From: a virus
Strand: one strand, 5' to 3'
IMG/VR virus record: IMGVR_UViG_3300045988_111050
Span: 1 to 38,818 of that record
DNA length: 38,818 nt
Shown here piece by piece: positions 1 through 8,200 of this stretch. The notes under the pieces were generated by a model, which ran no database searches, was not told where the DNA came from, and worked only from the letters and a program-made list of their open reading frames with translations. Made by a program: the position numbers and the translations under genes. How positions within the stretch are numbered: the stretch's first letter is position 1; each line of letters opens with the position of its first letter.

Positions 1-55
1 TGGAGCAAAGAAAAAAAGCGAAAACCTAGACCTCGCAAGTTTAAGTAATCGCCTT
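1..55. repeat. 55-bp terminal overlap, identical to 38764..38818 (duplicates the 3' end of CDS 38665..38811)
   Basis: Base-by-base identity of the first 55 nt with the last 55 nt. The length matches a common assembler k-mer. Confidence 0.95.
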
Positions 56-181
56 TGGGATAAGGGGAGCGGCAACTCCCCTCAGTCCCTATTATATCAT
101 GAAAGGGAATAAAAATCATGGAAATTTTAATCATCAACATTTTGATAGTAGCGATTTGCTACTTATACTTAAGGAGCACAA

Positions 182-355
182 ATGAGAAGAGCAATCGAAG
201 AACTGCTAAAAAGCGAAATAAGCACCTACGCAATCGCAAAGGGAGCTAATGTCCCATACACAACTGTACTAGACTTGAGAACTGGAAAAACCAGCTTGGA
301 CAAAATAGCTTTACTCACTGCTGAGAAGCTATACAACTACGCAAAAGAAAAATAA
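182..355 (+). CDS. Small helix-turn-helix DNA-binding protein (57 aa), candidate autoregulator of the accessory operon
   Basis: ATG is preceded by AAGGAG 6 nt upstream. Translation is MRRAIEELLKSEISTYAIAKGANVPYTTVLDLRTGKTSLDKIALLTAEKLYNYAKEK, with an HTH-like core STYAIAKGANVPYTTVLDLRTGK. It falls below the ORF-track length cutoff. Confidence 0.7.
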   Translation: MRRAIEELLKSEISTYAIAKGANVPYTTVLDLRTGKTSLDKIALLTAEKLYNYAKEK

Positions 356-360
356 AAACA

Positions 361-400
361 CCTTACAGCCACTCAAACGCCAATCCGACTGGTTGTAAGG
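361..400 (+). other. 10-bp stem-loop (ccttacagcc / ggttgtaagg, one G-U) with 20-nt loop, no U-tract
   Basis: Complementarity read directly at 361-370 and 391-400. It sits immediately after the HTH stop codon. Confidence 0.5.
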
Positions 401-420
401 CAGGTGCACTCACTAAAAGC

Positions 421-482
421 AAGTACTTTTGTATTGTAGCATAAAGTACTTGTTAACGCAACAGGTACTTTATTTAGTACCT
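421..482 (+). promoter_or_regulatory. Cluster of four (A/G)GTAC(T/C) half-sites, including inverted repeat AGGTACT-N6-AGTACCT, upstream of orf112
   Basis: AAGTACT at 421 and 444, AGGTACT at 463, AGTACCT at 476. It lies in the intergenic region before the 504 start. Confidence 0.45.
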
Positions 483-503
483 CAGAAAAGAAAGAGGTAA
501 GAT

Positions 504-842
504 ATGCAAACAATCACAATGAAATCACTCCCATTTTACATTATCCAAAATGACGAATGTTTTGAACTGCTCGATTCGTTCCTGGCATCTGTCGAGTCAA
601 TAGATGACGAAAAAACGATAAAAGATAAAAGAGCTTTAGACAAATGTGTGGAAATTTTGGAGGCTAGTGGATATCGTATGGGATTTAGCTGCGCAACTCT
701 AAAATGCTTTGAAAAGCAAATGCTTGTGTCACTATCCACCGAATATAGGGCTGCTAAGAGATTGGCCCTCTTAGGGCAAGATAAAAACGAAAGTTTTGCA
801 AATTGGTGTAATAATAGAGCTGCCGCTAAGCACTCACTATAG
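504..842 (+). CDS. Hypothetical protein (112 aa), translationally coupled to the downstream recombinase
   Basis: ORF has a GAAAGAGG RBS. Its stop lies 11 nt before the recombinase ATG. No recognisable motif. Confidence 0.6.
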   Translation: MQTITMKSLPFYIIQNDECFELLDSFLASVESIDDEKTIKDKRALDKCVEILEASGYRMGFSCATLKCFEKQMLVSLSTEYRAAKRLALLGQDKNESFANWCNNRAAAKHSL

Positions 843-853
843 GAGGCGAAAAT

Positions 854-1639
854 ATGAAAGCGGCTATCTATACAAGGGTGAGTACCTTTGATCAGGCAAA
901 TGGTTACTCACTTGATATGCAGGAAAAACTGGCAACATCTTATTGCCAGCAACACGATATCGAGATATATAAGCATTATTCCGACGAAATTACTGGCGCA
1001 AAGATGGATAGGCCAGCTCTGCGTCGGTTGCTGGAAGATGCGAAGCATCAATGTTTTAACTTTGTAATTGTCCATAAATTGGATAGACTAAGCAGGTCTC
1101 AAAAAGATACCTTGCATATCATTGAGGATATATTTTTAAAAAACGAAATAGCCTTTATCAGTTTGTCCGAAAATTTTGATACCAGGACACCAGTAGGAAA
1201 AGTATTGGTTGGAATGCTTGCTGTATTTGCACAATTTGAAAGAGATCAAATAAGGGAACGAATGCAATTAGGAAAAATAGGGCGAGCATTACAAGGTAAG
1301 CCTATGACCTGGTCACCCCCTTTTTGTCCATTTGGGTATGATTACATTGATGGCCAATATCAAGCCAACGAATATAGTCATTGGATCAGATATATCTTCG
1401 ATCGCTTTTTAATAGGTGATACAATAAACACCATTGCTCACGATATGACTGACAGAAAAGTATTAAATAAAAAATGGTATTACTCAACTGTTAAATGGAT
1501 TTTGAAAAACCCCGTCTATATTGGAAAAATAAGATGGAGAGGTGAACTCTATCAAGGGATGCACTCGCCTATCATTCAGGAAGAAATCTATTATGAAGCA
1601 CAACTCAAAATCCCGACAACAAAAAAGAGCCCCAGCTAG
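854..1639 (+). CDS. Truncated large serine recombinase (resolvase catalytic domain plus recombinase domain, no zinc-ribbon/coiled-coil C-terminus)
   Basis: AIYTRVSTFDQ (catalytic Ser) and VHKLDRLSRS motifs are present, with an AGGAGG RBS. The protein is only 261 aa versus about 450-550 for functional LSRs. Its last codons (KKSPS) run into the lysin terminator hairpin. Confidence 0.8.
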   Translation: MKAAIYTRVSTFDQANGYSLDMQEKLATSYCQQHDIEIYKHYSDEITGAKMDRPALRRLLEDAKHQCFNFVIVHKLDRLSRSQKDTLHIIEDIFLKNEIAFISLSENFDTRTPVGKVLVGMLAVFAQFERDQIRERMQLGKIGRALQGKPMTWSPPFCPFGYDYIDGQYQANEYSHWIRYIFDRFLIGDTINTIAHDMTDRKVLNKKWYYSTVKWILKNPVYIGKIRWRGELYQGMHSPIIQEEIYYEAQLKIPTTKKSPS

Positions 1640-1651
1640 GAAGCTGGGGCT
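1620..1651 (-). terminator. Intrinsic terminator of the late/lysis operon
   Basis: Perfect 10-bp stem agccccagct/agctggggct with loop agga, followed on the minus strand by CTTTTTTG. It overlaps the 3' end of the recombinase ORF. Confidence 0.8.
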
Positions 1652-1695
1652 AGATGATTTATTGAGTCTTTCTTTTTTATTTTTTTAATGATATT

Positions 1696-1720
1696 CCGCA
1701 GTTTCCGCTGCGGTTTTATT
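1696..1720 (+). terminator. Intrinsic terminator of the plus-strand accessory operon
   Basis: Stem ccgcag/ctgcgg with a 6-nt loop, followed by TTTTATTT. It overlaps the lysin stop codon. Confidence 0.55.
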
Positions 1721-2423
1721 TGCCGAAAGTTTCGACAAATTTTAAAAAGTCCTTGTCAGACAAAGATACCACGGGCAGCTGCAGGCTGTCCCTAAAACTG
1801 TTGACGGTCCCCATATCAGTCAATCCCATATACTTACTGCCGATATAGATTCCAAATCCATATTTTCCATTTTTTAAGATAAAATCTTTATTCAATTCTA
1901 ATTCCTCCAATTTTGTTGTATTTTCTTCTGCTGTTGTCCCATCGAACGGGAGTTCGAACCAGCCTATCAGTTGCTGATCAGGAGCTTGCCAGTTGCCATA
2001 GCCGAACGCCCCATCGGGTGTTAAGGTGTGGGTAACTTTGCGCGTCCAACCACCGACAAATAGTGCGTCTCCATTCCCGTCGATATTTTGCTCGACAGTA
2101 ATTATCGTTCCGTCCGGATTATATCCGGTTGTAAATCCAATATGACCAAATTCATGATATGGCAAGCAGTCTGACACCCACACAGATCCGATAGGTGGTT
2201 TATTCGAGCCATTAAAGTACGTTACCTTAAGACCGAGTTGAGCAGCTCTATACAGACAATCAATAGCATTGACGTAACCAAAATTTAAGTCAAATAACCC
2301 TTGATACTGCAGTACGTTGTCAATTAAGGCCACGCACTGACCGCCATATGGATTCGTCGGTACTGTCACGCGTTGATTGACCAAACTATCCAACTTGTCT
2401 AAAAGTTGTCTTTGTGTCGTCAA
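1716..2423 (-). CDS. Endolysin, N-terminal CHAP (cysteine/histidine amidohydrolase-peptidase) domain plus short C-terminal domain
   Basis: YGGQCVALI (catalytic Cys) and EFGHIGF (His) motifs. TTG start after AGGAGGAGGTG. It is the last gene of the late operon, after the holin-like genes. Confidence 0.85.
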   Translation of the reverse strand: MTTQRQLLDKLDSLVNQRVTVPTNPYGGQCVALIDNVLQYQGLFDLNFGYVNAIDCLYRAAQLGLKVTYFNGSNKPPIGSVWVSDCLPYHEFGHIGFTTGYNPDGTIITVEQNIDGNGDALFVGGWTRKVTHTLTPDGAFGYGNWQAPDQQLIGWFELPFDGTTAEENTTKLEELELNKDFILKNGKYGFGIYIGSKYMGLTDMGTVNSFRDSLQLPVVSLSDKDFLKFVETFGK

Positions 2424-2437
2424 GCGATCACCTCCTC

Positions 2438-2737
2438 CTAATTATTTTTCTTCATCTCGGCCAATGCCCATTCGATAGCGCCTGAGATTTGCTCCTCGCT
2501 AAATCTACCAGCCAAGCCATTAGCTCGTATACGCCTGCGAACCAGTCTCATAGCTAGGTCTTTTTTTTCTTGCCCAGGGTTGGAATACTGTTCTGCAAAG
2601 GCCACAGCCTGCTGTGCCCAGCTTGCAAACATAGCGATATTTTTATTTTTTGTGTTCGCTATTATTAGTCTAATCGCATAAAAGGCGACAGCGGTCAAAA
2701 TCCCGCTGTCCCATAAGTTCTTTAAAAAATCTAGCAT
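2438..2737 (-). CDS. Holin-like membrane protein (resembles LL-H family holins)
   Basis: 99 aa with a single N-terminal TM (GILTAVAFYAIRLIIA). It lies immediately upstream of the endolysin with an AAGGAG RBS. Confidence 0.65.
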   Translation of the reverse strand: MLDFLKNLWDSGILTAVAFYAIRLIIANTKNKNIAMFASWAQQAVAFAEQYSNPGQEKKDLAMRLVRRRIRANGLAGRFSEEQISGAIEWALAEMKKNN

Positions 2738-2739
2738 AG

Positions 2740-3021
2740 CTACTCCTTATTCGTGATAAGTTGTTTGAGTTCCCGAACATCTTCGCTCAGTCCCTTGATT
2801 TGTTCAGCGAGGACTAAAATTGTCTTATTCTGTTCCTCATGATTATTTAGGCGCTGAGTAGCCGAGCCTTTGAACTCCTTTAAATTTTCGATATCTTTTT
2901 CCAGCACAACCAAGCGCTTTTCTTGCGCTATAATTGTACTTTTAAAACTGCCGTAGATGCCCAGACAGACACCGACAAAACCAATAATTAGGCTGATATC
3001 CTCGGGTGTAAAGCGGATCAT
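2740..3021 (-). CDS. Membrane protein with N-terminal TM and coiled coil (second holin / XhlA-like candidate)
   Basis: TM segment ISLIIGFVGVCLGIYGSF followed by a heptad-like helix. ATGA overlap with the upstream gene. Lies in the lysis cassette. Confidence 0.55.
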   Translation of the reverse strand: MIRFTPEDISLIIGFVGVCLGIYGSFKSTIIAQEKRLVVLEKDIENLKEFKGSATQRLNNHEEQNKTILVLAEQIKGLSEDVRELKQLITNKE

Positions 3022-3161
3022 AAATCTCCCTTCTTGCTTTCCTTATTTCCGAGGTCGGACAGATTCACCAGCTCGGCTACTTTCGCACGATAGCGTTTTG
3101 GCACTTCTTCAAGGGTGATCCACCCCAAATTGACTTGCATTGCAAAATAATTGATCATCAT
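3018..3161 (-). CDS. Small XkdX-like phage protein (47 aa; ORF-track start at 3212 is probably too long)
   Basis: AGGAGG lies 7 nt before the ATGATG at 3161. The motif GWITLEEVPKRYRAKV is typical of small proteins found before holins. Confidence 0.55.
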   Translation of the reverse strand: MMINYFAMQVNLGWITLEEVPKRYRAKVAELVNLSDLGNKESKKGDL

Positions 3162-3180
3162 TGCTGATCCTCCTTTAATT

Positions 3181-3630
3181 TTATTCTTGATTTGGTTGAT
3201 TAGACGATTCATGTTCTACCTCCTCGCCTGCTTCGTCGGCGGAGTCATCAATACCGCCTGCGATGATTTGATTGAGCGTTAGCGTGACCATTTTGACAAG
3301 CTTACGATTCTCATTCGTAGATTCTTCAGCTTTTGCGATAGCCGCTTCCATTTTGGCCATTAAAGTCTTAGACTCTTTGATAGCTTGATCCATCTCTTCG
3401 ATCTTCTGGACAGATTCCGCCATAGCGCGATCCGAAAATTCGGACTTAAACAGAGCTTCCAAAGCAAGGTCTACCAGCTCTTTCTCGCTCTTGTTCGCAT
3501 GGTCGCCAAAAACTCGCTCAGAGAAGGTTGCGTAACCACTGGAGGTGGACGCGATAGCGATTTCGGTGTGCGAAATCTTGTTATCATCGTCATAAATTGG
3601 ATATTTCCCTACTACAGTCCAGTTTCTCAT
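3181..3630 (-). CDS. Hypothetical phage protein (149 aa) between tail tip and lysis genes
   Basis: Tightly packed ORF with a 4-nt overlap with the upstream gene. No family recognised with confidence. Confidence 0.6.
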   Translation of the reverse strand: MRNWTVVGKYPIYDDDNKISHTEIAIASTSSGYATFSERVFGDHANKSEKELVDLALEALFKSEFSDRAMAESVQKIEEMDQAIKESKTLMAKMEAAIAKAEESTNENRKLVKMVTLTLNQIIAGGIDDSADEAGEEVEHESSNQPNQE

Positions 3631-3824
3631 GGCTCTACCTCGCTTTCTGGTTCTTCTTCTGCGCGTGGTTCGTATGCTTGCGATTGCTTTTCAAGCTCTT
3701 CATTGCGAGTGAGAGCTTGCTCCAGTTGCGCTTGTAGCTCTTCATTTTGAGCTACAAGCGTTGCGATTCTTAATGATTTATTAGCGATTTCGATCGCTAA
3801 ATTATTTTGTATGCTTTCGTTCAT
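3627..3824 (-). CDS. Small coiled-coil protein (65 aa from the ATG at 3824)
   Basis: AAGGAGAAAAAATG RBS/start at 3824. The longer ORF-track start would overlap the Tal stop. Confidence 0.55.
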   Translation of the reverse strand: MNESIQNNLAIEIANKSLRIATLVAQNEELQAQLEQALTRNEELEKQSQAYEPRAEEEPESEVEP

Positions 3825-3835
3825 TTTTTCTCCTT

Positions 3836-6800
3836 TTATCCTACGTTCCGGACGATGTCCCAAGCGGCCTTCCTTGAGTTAATCAAGTTTTTCATTGCTT
3901 GGGTCATCGTGACTTGACCGCTTGCTGCGTGAGTTAAGATATTCCAAATCGCAGCTACACTTTCCTCTAAGCGGATAAACTGCGTTGGGCTATCTGTGTC
4001 TCCTTTTGTGTTACGAGGCACGACGAAATGTCGCGCCCAAATTTCTGAGTTTTTGTTCCAGACGCCGGGCGTCATCACCTGAGTTACTACGCTAAAATTC
4101 CAGCCATCATCACCTTGCGCGTGTCTTAGATAGTTATAGTCACCAAACTGGTAGATTTTATCAACGCTGTTGTTCGAGTTGTTGTCAATAACAAGGCCTG
4201 CGAATGAGACAGATTTCCAAGCGTTCGTACCATTTCGGTTGCTTCCGATAATAGTCCGGCCGTGATTCTGGCCGTTTTCCACTTTGTTTTCGTATCGGAT
4301 GAATTGAGTTGGGTAACCCTCTAAAACTCGCTTAATGGAGGCGTCGTCGTTGTAAAACAGGATATGACCATCGTTTAGATTGATTTGCATCGCATCGTTT
4401 TGAGCAGAGATGACTTTGCCTTTCATCCACTCGATAAACGCTAACTCAATCTTAGACTTAATGAAATTCGCATCTAAGCCGACAATCTTATTAGCATTTA
4501 AGTTGACAATGTTAACGTTCGCAGCGTTAAGCGTGCCCGCTGTGATTTTATCCGCTAACATGCTTTCAATCATGGCGTTCTTGATGACGCCGTTTTTAAT
4601 GTGAGTCTTATCGCCGATAGAGATCAGCCCCTCGTTGATTGAGACTGATCCATCTGGATTTAAATTGAGCTGACCAAGGATATCGCTAGCTGAATTGAGG
4701 TTTTTAATTGACCAGCTCCCTGCTAGTTGGCTCTGGACAGTTCGCAAGCCTTGGTTTTTCGAGACCTCGAGCTGAAACAGCTCGTTAGACAAGACCATGC
4801 GAGAGACCTTGTCTGTGATCTCTTTTTCGGTTGAGCCGATCAGTCGCTCATAGAGCTTGCTAGTCTCTTGTACGCGCTGAAAATCAGTTTGGTTGGCTTT
4901 ACCAGAAATCTGACTGGATATAGTAGCAAACTGGCCATCAACCGTTTGACGATATTCAGCCAGCTTCGTCTCAGAGCTGGTCTTCAGCTCCTCAAACCGC
5001 CTTGTCAGCCCTCGCACATCCTCTGTGTGCTGTGCCCTGGCCACATATCCAGCCTCAATGAGCTTGCGCTCGGCTGTTAGCTGACGGGCCGTCTCTTCTC
5101 TGGAGTAGCTACGCAGAGCTTCCGCTCTCGTACCGTCAGCGCTAACGTAGCTCTGGATAGCCGACAAGTCAGTCCGCAGTCCTTGAGCTGTGCGTTCGAA
5201 GGTTGCCTTAGCCTCTGTGATGAGGCCTTCGGTGTCTTCTGGGGCTGGTGACCAATCTGTCTTAAATGAGCCTTGCTCTACTTTGACCTCCCAAACGCTT
5301 TTCAGCTTTTCGGGGTCTTTGCGATAGGTGTTGACTCGCAAGTGATAGGTACCCGTCGGACGATTCCATACAAACTCTGTGCCGGTTGTACCAGTTTTGG
5401 CATCTGACACGATTTGGTAATTACTTACAGCTTTGTCCATCAACCACAAGACTACGTTGTCATTTTCGTTGTTTGGGCTGTGCCAAGATGTAAAATTACC
5501 GTCAGATTTCGCAGAGATTCTGTATTTCTCATTTTGGACAAGATATACTGATGTTTCCTGTGAATACAGCGTTTTATTATCAAAATTCGCAGGATTTCCG
5601 TTTGGCTTAAACGGCCCTTTTGAGCCCTTCAACAGATTCCGCCCACCAACCCTAAGACTAGCCAGCTCCTCCCTCAACCGCCCAGCCTCTGTCGTTACCA
5701 AAGCTTTGTCAGCCTTGTCCTTGGTCGCGTTGACGATTTCTTGACGGATTCCAGACGCCCGCACCTCAAATTGGGCTATGCTCAATTTTGAGTCCAGCTT
5801 GTTATCCATGCCGGTCTCAAGCGACTTGACAGACTGCTTGATACTATCTGAGAGCACTGTCAAGGCACTGCTATCTGCCTTGGTCTTGAGACCCTCACGC
5901 AAGCTGGACACACCAGCTTCCAGTGAGTCGGCGCGTTGCTTAAAGGTTGACTCAACGGCTGTGACACGCTCATCTTGGTCTTCTGGAGCGGGTGACCAGT
6001 CACCGACAAGATTACCCTCAAAAAGGGCAGGGGCGCAGATTTCGACCCATACCCCCTCTTTACCGCCTACTTGAGGGCCGTGTCGGCCAATGATAACTCC
6101 TTTGGCTGTGTCAATTGCGGTTTGAGTCCACTTGACCCAGCACAATTGCCAGTCTGTCGAGAGACGGATAATAGACAAGCCATCTGACGACCTTGACTTA
6201 TATCCGCTGCTGTTTTCCGATAACGTGACTGTGTTTGGATTGTATAGATGACATCGTACAGGATAGTCATTTTCGCTTGCTCTCGCATAAAAGATAGCTA
6301 TGTACTCTGTCCCAGTCGTTGGTATAACGGTTGTTTCTTTGTAGCTATCCTGATAACCAGTTGCTCCTGCAACCGTCCTGATGACCTTAAAACCGTTGTA
6401 TTCGCTGGCTGGCTTGTATCTCGCAAGCTCTTTTGTGCCTTTTAACAGATTTCTACGGCCTAAATGCACACTCGCAAGCCGACTACTCAATTCCTGAGCG
6501 GTCTGCACCAGCTCCGACTTGCTGGCTTTGCTGTCGGTCACGTTGGCCAGCTCTGCTAGCCTGCGTTGTGTGCTCTGCTCGTAATTAGCTTGAGCAGATT
6601 TGACACCCGCAAGCTCAGTCTTGGTCGCATTGAGTGCTGCGACTTGCTTTCCGATTTCGGTTTCAGCTTGGCTCTGCTTGGCGCGGATGTTGGCCAAGTC
6701 ACTTCTTAGTAGCGCTGTTTGGTCGCTTGCCGCCTGTTGCACACTAGCAAAGTCAGATTTCAGCCGGTCAATTGCAGCCTGATTAGTCTGCTTGGCGCCA

Positions 6801-8188
6801 GCTAAGTCCTGATTGAGCTTGGTGATAGCTCCCTTGGCCGCCTCGATAGCTGAGGCGTTGGCTCCAGCCGTGCGGAGGGCTTGGGTGGTTTGCTGGGTCT
6901 GGTTAGCCATGGATTGGTTGATCTCTTTAGTTTTGGACTCGTATTCCTTGCGAAATTTCACGAGATCCATTTCTAAAGGGTTGAGTTCCCATTCTGCCCC
7001 ATTCCAAAAGTACAGATTAGTCTTTTCTCCCTCTTTTAGATAAAGCTGGTCGCCTTTTCTAAGAGTCCCTACGGGCTCGTCTCTCGGTTTGCTTTCACCA
7101 AAGTAAATCGTGTTCTTTCCATCGGCAGAAACAAGTGCTTTGGTCGCTGTAGCAATAGCCTTAGCATTCTCTGCAGCAACGTCCTGAACTGAACGAGCAA
7201 GACTACTCATTTCGCTTGCCCTTCGTTGAACAGAGCCGATATCATTGCAGACAACCTTACGACTGATTAGATTGCCACCCACGTCGTATTCGCTGGTAAA
7301 CGACACAATACGAACCTTTTGGCTAAATCCTAACGTTTCGTTAATGGCCATAATGTAGTCGCCCGGATTTGGACGACTAAGTCGATAACCAGCGCGTGAC
7401 AAGTCTTCCATATCAATTTCAACAGAAACCTTATAAGACTTATCGACATTCTCTTTTAAGCGTTCTAAGAGCTTGCCAGTTTCTTTGTAGCGTTCATCTA
7501 CGACAGGCTCTGCTTCGATTCGTCCATAGATTTTGGCTAGCGGGCTTTCGTACTCAGATTCATAGCGACCTTTCGAATGATCTTCATCGTCTTTCCAAGC
7601 ACCAAGCCCTCGCTGATAAGTCACAAAGCTGTTGATATTCTTTTCGATTTTCAACTCGTTCATATTAAAATCTTTACGAACGATAGCGGAAAGATCCGTC
7701 CCTACTCTCTTTAGGATGCGGACGACATGCCCGCGCACGGAAAACTCCAGACCAGCAGCCTTGATGATATCGTTAAAAAGCGACAGTCGAGATTTATTTC
7801 CGAAATTTTCTTTTCGAATAGACCCGACTGTCGTTTCTAAATTGTAAGAATAGCCACTACCTGAAAAGATCGCTTGTAGATAAGTTTCAAATGGTTTTGA
7901 ACCATTCAAAGTATCATAGACCATTGATTTTGACATATCGTAGAAGAATTGATGCACTGCGTCAAATTCAACTTCAATCTGTCGTCCTGTATCATTAGGT
8001 TTTGCATAAGTAACCCGATAATATTCATCGTCTAAGCGAAAACGCCAGCCACGATCTATGCCGTGCAAGACTTTATCGTTGGTGTAGATTGTGCCTTTTA
8101 CAGACAATTCACCGTTGACCGCATTAGTCACAGAGTAAGCGACTAAAGCGCTGTGCTCTGTACCTTTTTCATCAATAAATGTAATCAA
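3836..8188 (-). CDS. Tail-associated lysin/host-specificity protein (Tal; prophage tail endopeptidase-type N-terminus, coiled coils, two CBM-like modules, C-terminal receptor-binding region)
   Basis: 1450 aa, following Dit. N-terminus GIDRGWRFRLDDEYYRVTY matches the phage minor structural protein N-terminal region. TTG start after GGAGGTGG. Confidence 0.85.
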   Translation of the reverse strand: MITFIDEKGTEHSALVAYSVTNAVNGELSVKGTIYTNDKVLHGIDRGWRFRLDDEYYRVTYAKPNDTGRQIEVEFDAVHQFFYDMSKSMVYDTLNGSKPFETYLQAIFSGSGYSYNLETTVGSIRKENFGNKSRLSLFNDIIKAAGLEFSVRGHVVRILKRVGTDLSAIVRKDFNMNELKIEKNINSFVTYQRGLGAWKDDEDHSKGRYESEYESPLAKIYGRIEAEPVVDERYKETGKLLERLKENVDKSYKVSVEIDMEDLSRAGYRLSRPNPGDYIMAINETLGFSQKVRIVSFTSEYDVGGNLISRKVVCNDIGSVQRRASEMSSLARSVQDVAAENAKAIATATKALVSADGKNTIYFGESKPRDEPVGTLRKGDQLYLKEGEKTNLYFWNGAEWELNPLEMDLVKFRKEYESKTKEINQSMANQTQQTTQALRTAGANASAIEAAKGAITKLNQDLAGAKQTNQAAIDRLKSDFASVQQAASDQTALLRSDLANIRAKQSQAETEIGKQVAALNATKTELAGVKSAQANYEQSTQRRLAELANVTDSKASKSELVQTAQELSSRLASVHLGRRNLLKGTKELARYKPASEYNGFKVIRTVAGATGYQDSYKETTVIPTTGTEYIAIFYARASENDYPVRCHLYNPNTVTLSENSSGYKSRSSDGLSIIRLSTDWQLCWVKWTQTAIDTAKGVIIGRHGPQVGGKEGVWVEICAPALFEGNLVGDWSPAPEDQDERVTAVESTFKQRADSLEAGVSSLREGLKTKADSSALTVLSDSIKQSVKSLETGMDNKLDSKLSIAQFEVRASGIRQEIVNATKDKADKALVTTEAGRLREELASLRVGGRNLLKGSKGPFKPNGNPANFDNKTLYSQETSVYLVQNEKYRISAKSDGNFTSWHSPNNENDNVVLWLMDKAVSNYQIVSDAKTGTTGTEFVWNRPTGTYHLRVNTYRKDPEKLKSVWEVKVEQGSFKTDWSPAPEDTEGLITEAKATFERTAQGLRTDLSAIQSYVSADGTRAEALRSYSREETARQLTAERKLIEAGYVARAQHTEDVRGLTRRFEELKTSSETKLAEYRQTVDGQFATISSQISGKANQTDFQRVQETSKLYERLIGSTEKEITDKVSRMVLSNELFQLEVSKNQGLRTVQSQLAGSWSIKNLNSASDILGQLNLNPDGSVSINEGLISIGDKTHIKNGVIKNAMIESMLADKITAGTLNAANVNIVNLNANKIVGLDANFIKSKIELAFIEWMKGKVISAQNDAMQINLNDGHILFYNDDASIKRVLEGYPTQFIRYENKVENGQNHGRTIIGSNRNGTNAWKSVSFAGLVIDNNSNNSVDKIYQFGDYNYLRHAQGDDGWNFSVVTQVMTPGVWNKNSEIWARHFVVPRNTKGDTDSPTQFIRLEESVAAIWNILTHAASGQVTMTQAMKNLINSRKAAWDIVRNVG

Positions 8189-8200
8189 TCTACCACCTCC

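Noticed and set aside
1-55. Biological direct terminal repeats or cos ends
   Set aside because: The exact 55-nt length matches an assembler k-mer, the repeat interrupts a CDS, and the terminase type suggests headful packaging.
118-249. 43-aa hydrophobic/basic mini-ORF (MEILIINILIVAICYLYL...)
   Set aside because: It has a weak RBS and overlaps the better-supported HTH ORF (182..355) in another frame. AT-rich DNA readily yields Ile/Leu-rich frames. It is kept only as a note inside a finding.
5234-6460. Diversity-generating retroelement (template/variable repeat pair) in the tail tip gene
   Set aside because: No reverse transcriptase is present anywhere in the window. The two modules are diverged throughout rather than differing at adenine-templated positions.
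4410-7847. Series of plus-strand ORFs (60-103 aa) inside the Tal gene (e.g. 5433..5744, 5778..6074, 6813..7043, 7396..7635)
   Set aside because: All lie antisense within a long, well-supported minus-strand gene. They lack RBSs and have low-complexity Ser/Leu/Ala-rich translations typical of antisense frames.
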